Below the pieces are notes generated by a model. It saw only the letters and a program-made list of their open reading frames with translations. It was not told where the DNA came from and made no database searches. Positions 10,409-16,964 of a stretch of DNA of 44,540 nt are shown one piece after another. Location: positions 1 through 44,540 of the forward strand of contig DASYZY010000123.1 of NCBI GenBank assembly GCA_035945735.1, read 5' to 3'. This stretch comes from Thermoplasmata archaeon (GTDB lineage Archaea; Thermoplasmatota; Thermoplasmata; Lutacidiplasmatales; UBA184). The position numbers and the translations under genes are program-made. Within the stretch, counting starts at the first letter, position 1, and each line of letters starts with the position of its first letter.

Positions 10409-10609
10409 GTGGCAGCCGCGGCTCGCCTCGTTTCCGCGAGCTTCGGCGGCTCGGGTGATCTCAAGGAGGCGCTCCGCTCCGAGTGGCTCAGCCGCCACCG
10501 TATCCCCGAGGACTTCGAGCTGCTCTGGAACCTCTACTGGCGCGAGCTTGGCCCGCTCGCCGCTCTTCCCGCTTCGATCCACGATCTTGAGGAGGTGCTC
10601 GTCCGCTGA
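10409..10609 (+). CDS. hypothetical small protein
   Basis: 66-aa ORF with a GTG start and protein-like composition (DLKEALRSEWLSRHRIPEDFELLWNLYWREL). It is the first ORF inside attL. Confidence 0.4.
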   Translation: MAAAARLVSASFGGSGDLKEALRSEWLSRHRIPEDFELLWNLYWRELGPLAALPASIHDLEEVLVR

Positions 10610-10647
10610 TCGGCGTTCACCGACTCCGCGAGATCTCCCCGCCTCCA

Positions 10648-10995
10648 GTGATCACGCTCGAGTTCCGGTTCTGGCGAGAGCTCAATCTGCAGCGGAGGAA
10701 ACCCTTCGGCTGCCCCGACTGCCGGCACACCTTCGCGACGACAACCGTGATCCCGCGACACCTGCGGAACGAGCATCCTCGATGGATCCCGTTCTTGAAC
10801 GCTCGGGAGGTGATGAAGAACCCTCGACCAACGCCTCGAGCTGAACTCTGGAAGGATCCCGAGTTCAGAGCCCGGAACGCAGCCGCCGTCCGGGCGACCC
10901 TCGACAAGCGTTGGAAGGATCCCGAGTTCAGAGCCCGGAACGCAGCCGCGCTCGAAGCGTGGTACAACCGCGGCCGAACTGGCGGTGCGAGTTGA
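10648..10995 (+). CDS. C2H2 zinc-finger protein with duplicated WKDPEFRARNAAA motif
   Basis: CPDCRHTFATTTVIPRHLRNEH fits C-x2-C-x12-H-x4-H. The C-terminal half contains two copies of a 13-aa motif encoded by a 38-bp perfect DNA repeat. Confidence 0.65.
   Translation: MITLEFRFWRELNLQRRKPFGCPDCRHTFATTTVIPRHLRNEHPRWIPFLNAREVMKNPRPTPRAELWKDPEFRARNAAAVRATLDKRWKDPEFRARNAAALEAWYNRGRTGGAS
10849..10949 (+). repeat. 38-bp perfect direct repeat (10849-10886 and 10912-10949), period 63 bp, intragenic
   Basis: TGGAAGGATCCCGAGTTCAGAGCCCGGAACGCAGCCGC occurs twice in frame within the C2H2 gene. Confidence 0.9.
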
Positions 10996-11390
10996 TCTCC
11001 TCGCGCCGCCCTATCTACCACTCCTCGACCACATCGAGGGGCGCGGCCGTTCTACCCGGTGCGGCCGTCGCCCCCGCTTTCTCTGAGCGCCTTGCGATCG
11101 AGGCTCGCGCGATCAGCGACGCTCTCAGCCGACTCACGGGCCGGCGCTCCCTCTCCCCCCGGATACATCGAGGCTCGGCGGGCGCCACGTCAGGGCGGGC
11201 AGAAGGGGGGGAGCGGCTCGTTCCGCCGTCTCTGGCTTCTGCTCCGCCGCCCGTCACCGCGACCTGCTCGCTCTGCCACGAGTTCATCTACGTCAACGAT
11301 CGGCTCGGGATCTCCTTCTGTCAGATCCACGGCCTCCACGCCCCGATCGTGTTCCTCCCCGTTGCTCAGCGGCGCCTTTCTGGGGTCTAA
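10992..11390 (+). CDS. hypothetical protein with C-terminal CxxC...CxxH zinc-ribbon-like motif (start uncertain)
   Basis: The TTG at 10992 overlaps the upstream stop (TTGA), matching the coupling style of this element. The C-terminal CSLCHEFIYVNDRLGISFCQIH looks protein-like. GC3 is lower than in neighbouring genes, so coding status is uncertain. Confidence 0.3.
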   Translation: MISSRRPIYHSSTTSRGAAVLPGAAVAPAFSERLAIEARAISDALSRLTGRRSLSPRIHRGSAGATSGRAEGGERLVPPSLASAPPPVTATCSLCHEFIYVNDRLGISFCQIHGLHAPIVFLPVAQRRLSGV

Positions 11391-11433
11391 CCTTGTCAGT
11401 TTTTCTCCAACCTGGTCCCCTTGCCGCTCCCGC

Positions 11434-11458
11434 CGTCCCGTCCCGTCCCGTCCCGTCC
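11434..11458. repeat. pentanucleotide microsatellite (CGTCC)x5
   Basis: Five perfect tandem units, followed by a degenerate unit (CGGGTCC). It lies in the intergenic region downstream of an oligo-T tract (TTTTT, 11400-11404). Confidence 0.9.
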
Positions 11459-11561
11459 CGGGTCCGACCGAACGTACGCACTCCCGCACTCCCCTGCCCT
11501 CCCGTCCCGACCGACGCGCGCGTAGAGCTCCATAGTCGGAGGCGCCCCGTCAGCTCCCGTC

Positions 11562-11721
11562 CAACCCGGGTTGAACAGGGGTCGCCCAACCCGGGTTGCA
11601 ACCCGGGTTCACGTCGAGAGGAGGCCTCGAATGCCCCCCGCTGAGGCGGTTCCAACCCGGGTTGACACCGGGTTGAGGGCGTCGATCGCGCACGGGCCGG
11701 AGAAGGACTGGGACCGGGTTG
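11562..11721. promoter_or_regulatory. array of the 12-bp palindrome CAACCCGGGTTG (3 perfect, one 11/12, two half sites): candidate operator or origin
   Basis: Perfect copies are at 11562-11573, 11587-11598 and 11653-11664. An 11/12 copy is at 11599-11610. Half sites ACCGGGTTG are at 11667-11675 and 11713-11721. The array straddles the start region of the RHH gene. Confidence 0.6.
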
Positions 11722-12182
11722 GGATGAACGTCACCCTCTCTGTCACAGTTCCGGCTGCGATGGTCCGCTGGGCCCGGGCCCACGGCATCGTCCTGAGCCG
11801 GGTCCTCCGCGACAGCGTCGAGCGCCTCCAGGGCGGAGCGAGCCTCGCTCGCACCCGCGAGGAACTCCAGACGGCCCGTGAGCGCGTCCTCCAGCTCGAG
11901 ACGTACGAGGCCCGTCTCCTCGAGGAGGCGAAGGCGGCCGACGACGCAAAGGCCCAGGAGAAAGCGCGGGAGAAGGCGATCCGCGAGCTCACCGCCGAGT
12001 TCGCCGCCGCGGAGGTCAGCCAGGGATCGTTCACGGTCCACCGGCCTTCCCTCGGCAACTCTCCGTCGAACCTCGCGTGGATCGAGCCTCGCGTAGAGAA
12101 GAACCCCGTCCTGCGACCTATGAAGGCGAGGGCGGTCCTCGATCTCGTTCTCACCGCCTGCTCGAAGTCGGAGGCAGCGTGA
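11631..12182 (+). CDS. ribbon-helix-helix (CopG/Arc-like) protein with C-terminal coiled coil
   Basis: VTLSVTVPAAMVRWARAHGIVLSRVLRDSVERL fits a beta-strand followed by two helices (RHH). The ATG at 11631 is preceded by GGAGG with 6-nt spacing. An alternative ATG at 11724 would put the RHH strand at the N-terminus. Confidence 0.65.
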   Translation: MPPAEAVPTRVDTGLRASIAHGPEKDWDRVGMNVTLSVTVPAAMVRWARAHGIVLSRVLRDSVERLQGGASLARTREELQTARERVLQLETYEARLLEEAKAADDAKAQEKAREKAIRELTAEFAAAEVSQGSFTVHRPSLGNSPSNLAWIEPRVEKNPVLRPMKARAVLDLVLTACSKSEAA

Positions 12183-12445
12183 GCGCCGAGGTCGACCTCG
12201 AGTCGCTAACCCGCCGTGAGCTCGAGAACCTCATGCTCACTGAGCACGGGGCGCTGACGCGGATCCTCGAGGCGGTCCGGATGTACTCCGAGCCGGGGTG
12301 GAAGGTTCGGCGGGAGGTCGAGCGGATCGTCAAAGAGGCGGCCGATCGGCGTCCGTTCGCCGTCGCGTTCCAGCGTTCGGCCGACGCCACGCTCTCCGAG
12401 CTCCGGTCGGACTCGAACGAGAGGCGGTGGAGGCAATGGCGGTGA
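12179..12445 (+). CDS. hypothetical protein
   Basis: The GTG at 12179 overlaps the upstream stop (GTGA). The 88-aa product has balanced composition (LESLTRRELENLMLTEHGALTRILEAVRMY). Confidence 0.5.
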   Translation: MSAEVDLESLTRRELENLMLTEHGALTRILEAVRMYSEPGWKVRREVERIVKEAADRRPFAVAFQRSADATLSELRSDSNERRWRQWR

Positions 12446-12909
12446 GGATCCTGGACGCCACCGCCGGCAACCGTGGGGTCTGGTTCGACAAGAACTACCG
12501 GGATGCGACGTTCATCGACATCAGGGCGAAGGGGGAGACCTCCGAGCTGAAGCAGGACAACCTGGTCCTCGACTGTCGGAACACCCGATTCCCAGACGGG
12601 TCGTTCGACTTGGTGATCTTCGACCCCCCGCACATAGCAATCGGACCGAACGCCGAAATGGCGAAGCGGTACGGGTCGCTGCCCAATCCACCGGGACCCG
12701 AACCTATGAGGTCTAACGGCGGATATCCCTCTCTGGCCCGGTGCGACGTCGGCGAGTGCACATGGACGTACCGTGTGCCCGAGCGGCGGCCCCAGAGCCG
12801 AGCGAAGTCCGCGGTCTACATGCACCTCGCCAACCACCACGGTCTAAGAGGCCGGCTAAGGATGATCGCAGCCGATCGAATCTGCATGCGGCTCCAGGTG
12901 CCGGAGTGA
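12436..12909 (+). CDS. putative SAM-dependent (DNA) methyltransferase with DPPH motif and C-terminal C2H2-like finger
   Basis: ILDATAGNRGVW is motif-I-like. DLVIFDPPH is a motif-IV D/N-PP-Y/H type. The tail CDVGEC...MHLANHH is finger-like. No adjacent restriction endonuclease was recognised. Confidence 0.45.
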   Translation: MAVRILDATAGNRGVWFDKNYRDATFIDIRAKGETSELKQDNLVLDCRNTRFPDGSFDLVIFDPPHIAIGPNAEMAKRYGSLPNPPGPEPMRSNGGYPSLARCDVGECTWTYRVPERRPQSRAKSAVYMHLANHHGLRGRLRMIAADRICMRLQVPE

Positions 12910-13616
12910 ACGACCCCGTCGCCCTCTACCTGCGCGTTTCCACCGAGGACCAGGATCTCGGCGCCCAGGAGCGTGAGCTGCGGGAGTACGCCGGCCGCCG
13001 CGGCTGGACTGTCGAAGCGGTCTTTGCCGAGAAGGCGTCGGCGACGGGCAAGATCGAGCGCGAGGCGTGGGAGCAGCTGAGGAAGGAGGCATGCCTTCCG
13101 ACGACCCGCAGGTTTGAGCATGTCCTCGTCTGGGCACTCGACCGCTGGAGCCGGGACCGATCGTTCGTGAAGGCGATCGGCTCGATAGAGGAGCTCGAGC
13201 TCCTAGGCGTGGGTTTCCACAGTTTCAGGGAGCCGACGCTCGACTCCGGCGAGGATGGGAGCTCGAACCTAGCTCGGGACCTCCTCCGCGGGATCCTTCC
13301 AACGATCGCAGCGTTCGAGGCGCAGCGGCGCTCGGACCGCACGCGGGTCGCGATGCAGGAGATCAAGCAGGGTCGCCGGCGGACTCGCTCGGGGCGGCCC
13401 GTGGGCCGGCCGCGGCGCGTGACGCCTGAACTCGAACAGAAGGTGCGCGAGCTGCGCGCCCGGGGGCTGAAGTGGCGCGAGATCGCCGTTCGGCTCCGAA
13501 TCCCCTCCGGAACCGCTCGGAAGGTGCGGCTGCGGGAAACTGCTCGTGCGGAAAAAGGTCAGGGCGGGTTTGCCGCACCTTCGGCGGCATCCTTGGACCT
13601 GCCTACCGTCGGCTAA
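12906..13616 (+). CDS. small serine recombinase (resolvase/invertase family) with C-terminal HTH
   Basis: The GTG at 12906 overlaps the upstream stop. ALYLRVSTEDQDLGAQERELREYA contains the catalytic Ser motif (Y-x-R-V-S-T-x-x-Q). VWALDRWSRD follows, and the C-terminal HTH is VRELRARGLKWREIAVRLRIPSGTARKV. Confidence 0.9.
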   Translation: MNDPVALYLRVSTEDQDLGAQERELREYAGRRGWTVEAVFAEKASATGKIEREAWEQLRKEACLPTTRRFEHVLVWALDRWSRDRSFVKAIGSIEELELLGVGFHSFREPTLDSGEDGSSNLARDLLRGILPTIAAFEAQRRSDRTRVAMQEIKQGRRRTRSGRPVGRPRRVTPELEQKVRELRARGLKWREIAVRLRIPSGTARKVRLRETARAEKGQGGFAAPSAASLDLPTVG

Positions 13617-13631
13617 GGAACCGTTCCGCAC

Positions 13632-15227
13632 ATGCGCGCGCTCTGGATCCTGGTCGGGGTCCTCCTGACCGGGCCGATACTCACATCGCCCCAGGCCGCA
13701 GCAGCCCACCCGGCAGCCGGTGACTCGATTACGATCGGCTCGACCCTCTACACGCTCAACCTGAGCACATTCTGGGGTGCGGTCGGCCAGTTCGGGGCTA
13801 ACCCGTCGACGCCCGCGCTGCGCGCCGATACGAACGCCACCCCGCTCCAGGTCTTCCGCTTCGCCGACGGCATGGACTCGACGAACCTGAGCGCGAACGA
13901 GACCTGGACGCCGGGGGCGAGCAGCGCGACGGCCGGCACTATCGGGATCAACGTCCTCACCGACTGGCAGTTTTGCGAGGAGCTCCGCTCCCCGTGCACC
14001 TTTGTCTTCCAGCTGCCCGGCGAGACCGACTCGGCGGGCGACGTGCGCTCCGCGCTTCAGTTCTTGCAGATCCACGACATCGAGCCCGCGTACTACTCCA
14101 TCGGAAACGAGCCATCGCTCTGGAAGCACTGGGGTGAGGCCTGGTCGACGTGGGCCACATCCGACTCGTCGAAGCCGACGGGGCTGCAGTACGCCCAGGA
14201 GGTCCAGCAGCTGGTCCCTGTGATCCGCGCGATCGTCCCGGGTGCGAGGATCATCGGCCTCGAGGACGACCAGTGCTCGAATGACTCCTACGTGCAGCAG
14301 GTGGCGAAGATCAACGGACCTAACCTCTCGGCGATCGCGTGTCACTCATATTCGGCCAACTCCCAGGACGTCGCGGGCGCGGGGCTCCAGCAGTTCTACA
14401 ACGTCCTCACGTCGACAGGCGCGAACCCCGCCACGAACGTCCCGAAGGTCAGGGCTGGGATCAGGTTCGGCTGCGGCAGCTGCTCGCTGCCCGTCTGGAT
14501 CGACGAGGATAACGCGATCTCGGGCGCCGATCCCGCCCACTTCTCCCGCTACACGAGCTCCTACCCGGACTTCGTACTGACGGCTGGCGACCTGCTCGAC
14601 GCGATCGCGGTTGGCACTCCGCACGTCCTGTTCTTCCAGTATTGGGCTCCAAGCGGGTCGACCTACGGCATGGTGAATGGGTCGGGCCTCTACCTCCGGC
14701 CTACGTACTTTTGGTACTCCGCCTTCGCCGACCTGATTCCCTCGGGACCGGTGAGCGTGAATCAGACCTCGGTCGCGCCGTCGACGCAGCCGCTCGTGGC
14801 GCAGTTCCTCCAGAGCAACTCGACGAACTCAGTGGTGGTCGTGAACGGCAACGCGACGACGCCTGAGATCGTGACACTGCCGGTCTCGATGGAGGGAGCG
14901 TCTGGAGGGCGATCGGTCTACTGGGACAACAACACGCTCCAGCCATCGGTCATGAGCTGGACGGCTGCCCCACCTTCGCTCGTCTACATGCTCGGGCCCC
15001 AGTCGGTACTCCTGGTCGACAGCAGCCGCGCGCCTGCGATCGCTGGCACCGGCGGCTCGGGAGCGTCGCCCGCGCCCCCTTCGGGGACGGGCACTAACAG
15101 CTCGGGCGGGTTCCTCCTTCAGCCCGACGGCTCCTCAGCGATCCCTTGGACCTGGATCGGCGCGGGGGCCGGCCTGCTCGGCGTCGTGGCCCTGGCTGCC
15201 GTCTCCCGCCACCGGAGGCTGCGGTGA
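13632..15227 (+). CDS. secreted, C-terminally anchored glycoside-hydrolase-like protein (clan GH-A TIM barrel candidate)
   Basis: The signal peptide is MRALWILVGVLLTGPILTSPQAAAA. YYSIGNEPSLW carries the NEP acid/base motif of clan GH-A, and LPVWIDEDNA is a candidate nucleophile strand. There are many N-x-S/T sequons. The C-terminal TM WIGAGAGLLGVVALAAV is followed by SRHRRLR. Confidence 0.5.
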   Translation: MRALWILVGVLLTGPILTSPQAAAAHPAAGDSITIGSTLYTLNLSTFWGAVGQFGANPSTPALRADTNATPLQVFRFADGMDSTNLSANETWTPGASSATAGTIGINVLTDWQFCEELRSPCTFVFQLPGETDSAGDVRSALQFLQIHDIEPAYYSIGNEPSLWKHWGEAWSTWATSDSSKPTGLQYAQEVQQLVPVIRAIVPGARIIGLEDDQCSNDSYVQQVAKINGPNLSAIACHSYSANSQDVAGAGLQQFYNVLTSTGANPATNVPKVRAGIRFGCGSCSLPVWIDEDNAISGADPAHFSRYTSSYPDFVLTAGDLLDAIAVGTPHVLFFQYWAPSGSTYGMVNGSGLYLRPTYFWYSAFADLIPSGPVSVNQTSVAPSTQPLVAQFLQSNSTNSVVVVNGNATTPEIVTLPVSMEGASGGRSVYWDNNTLQPSVMSWTAAPPSLVYMLGPQSVLLVDSSRAPAIAGTGGSGASPAPPSGTGTNSSGGFLLQPDGSSAIPWTWIGAGAGLLGVVALAAVSRHRRLR

Positions 15228-15376
15228 CCGAGATACTGGAACTGTCCGGTCGCCAGCGCTGCCACGAGTGTCGGAAGGAGCTCCCGCTCGGTTACAGGGC
15301 GAAGAAGTGGCATCTCGCTGAGCACCGCCGGCACCGAAACCGAATTGGGGGGGTTCGGCCCTCTCCCGTTCGCTGA
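15224..15376 (+). CDS. small C2H2-like zinc-finger protein
   Basis: The GTG at 15224 overlaps the upstream stop (GTGA). CHECRKELPLGYRAKKWHLAEH fits C-x2-C-x13-H-x3-H. Confidence 0.4.
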   Translation: MTEILELSGRQRCHECRKELPLGYRAKKWHLAEHRRHRNRIGGVRPSPVR

Positions 15377-15424
15377 GGGCCGCGGCGCGGCCCTCGGTGC
15401 GACGCCCGGCCCTCGAGAGAGGGC

Positions 15425-16855
15425 ATGGACCATCGGGCGCCGGGAATCGGGGTGACAGCCCTCGTCCTTCTCGTTCTTACGCTGCCATCGACGGCTGCCT
15501 ACTCACCCCGGGGCGGTCTGGAACCTGACCCGTGGATCTCCGGCAACGTCACCTTCACCGGACACCAGGAGTCGTGGCCGGCGCTCCAGTACGCCCCGGC
15601 AACTGGCCTCAACGCCGAGGTCAACCCGCATACCGGCGACCCATACTTCGTCGACCCGACGGGGATCTCCTCGGCGGTCCTTCAGAACGACACCGTCGGG
15701 TTGACGGAGTGGAACCAGCCGTCGGCGTGGTTCTGGCAGCCGAATCTCGCGCCGGGTTCGGTGACGCGCCTCTTCTCGACGACGTGGCATGGACTCCCAG
15801 CGATCGAGGCGAGCCTGAACACGAGCTCGAAGAGCTCACAGAACGTTGGGATCGAGTACGACATCCCGTACTCCGCGCTCCCTTCGGCGAACCCGTCGAA
15901 GGACTATCTCTCGCTGGGGTTCCGGTTCGACGGGCCGCGCTGTCCCTATCAGAACGCGACTCCCGCGTGCACGGCGCAGCTTCTCGTCACGAACGGGACC
16001 TACGCGGGGTACTGGGCAGCGGCGTTCACCCCGCAATACCAGGCGACCGAGGTCGGGACGCAGTCGTACCCGCTGCCCGGCGGGTCTTCCTGGGTCTCGA
16101 CGTCGCTCGCGTCGATGGACTACCCGTACATCAGCGCGGGGTGGCCGGGAGTCAACTTCTGGAACTCGCTGAACGCCTCGAAGGGGATCCAGGTGGTCAT
16201 CCAGTTCTTCCTCCCCGAGTGGCCGCCGGCCGAGTCGTACACCTACAACGTCACGGTGACGGCGATGGAGCTCAGCCAGTCCCCCGTGGTCCTCGGCTCA
16301 TTGGACTGGGGGAAGACCGTCGTGAGCCCGAGCGTCTCGATGGGCTTCGTCAACCTCTCGGCCCTTTCCCCCAACATCGGCATAGCCGAGTTCGCCGGCC
16401 CTACCTACCGGTTGAGCGTGGCCCAGCCGATGGATCTCCTCTCGGGGGCCAGTGCGACCCCTGTCGCGCTTCCATCCGGGTCGGAGCGGGTGACCTACTT
16501 CGCGCCGTTCGCGCTGGCGTCGGCGCCCCCGCTGCAGTACGGGACCTTCCAACTCGGCGACATCCAGGCGGTCCCGTCGTACTTCTACTCCAGCGCGAGC
16601 CTTGGCTCGATGAACGTCCTGCCGAACTACACTCGCCCCGGGCAGGTCATCCTGGCAACCCCGCTGACGGCGCCGGTGCCCGGGAACTACTCGGCTACCG
16701 TCACGTACAACGCGACGGATTGGGCGGCGATCATCGCGACTCCCGGCGGGCTGCTCCTCAGCTCCGGGTTCCTCTCGTTCCTGGGGACATGGTGGCCGCT
16801 CCTCGCTCTCGCGGCCGGGACGACAGTCGTCGGCGTGGTGGCCCTCCGCCGCTGA
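15425..16855 (+). CDS. secreted N-glycosylation-rich protein with C-terminal membrane anchor (spike-like, paralog A)
   Basis: It has a signal peptide / N-terminal TM (GIGVTALVLLVLTLPSTAA). The large ectodomain has many sequons. The C-terminus is TPGGLLLSSGFLSFLGTWWPLLALAAGTTVVGVVALRR. Shared motifs with 16965..18482 include GN.TF..H..W..L.Y, LQND.V and WNQ. Confidence 0.7.
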   Translation: MDHRAPGIGVTALVLLVLTLPSTAAYSPRGGLEPDPWISGNVTFTGHQESWPALQYAPATGLNAEVNPHTGDPYFVDPTGISSAVLQNDTVGLTEWNQPSAWFWQPNLAPGSVTRLFSTTWHGLPAIEASLNTSSKSSQNVGIEYDIPYSALPSANPSKDYLSLGFRFDGPRCPYQNATPACTAQLLVTNGTYAGYWAAAFTPQYQATEVGTQSYPLPGGSSWVSTSLASMDYPYISAGWPGVNFWNSLNASKGIQVVIQFFLPEWPPAESYTYNVTVTAMELSQSPVVLGSLDWGKTVVSPSVSMGFVNLSALSPNIGIAEFAGPTYRLSVAQPMDLLSGASATPVALPSGSERVTYFAPFALASAPPLQYGTFQLGDIQAVPSYFYSSASLGSMNVLPNYTRPGQVILATPLTAPVPGNYSATVTYNATDWAAIIATPGGLLLSSGFLSFLGTWWPLLALAAGTTVVGVVALRR

Positions 16856-16964
16856 CGCGGACCGAGCGAAACCTATCTGTGGGGGGTACGGCATAGTCCC
16901 GTCCGCTGAGGGCCTGACGCCCGGCCCTCAGCAAGCCGCGCCAGGTCCTCCGCGCAGGACGCGG

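Noticed and set aside
10911-10991. 5' part of ORF 10911..11390, overlapping the C2H2 gene
   Set aside because: This part is an out-of-frame reading of the 38-bp repeat region. Only the portion from the TTG at 10992 (TTGA coupling) is retained, and only at low confidence.
11434-11721. CRISPR array or other repeat-spacer structure
   Set aside because: The repeats are 5-12 bp, irregularly spaced and palindromic or tandem. There are no 25-40 bp repeats with unique spacers, and I recognised no cas genes in the window.
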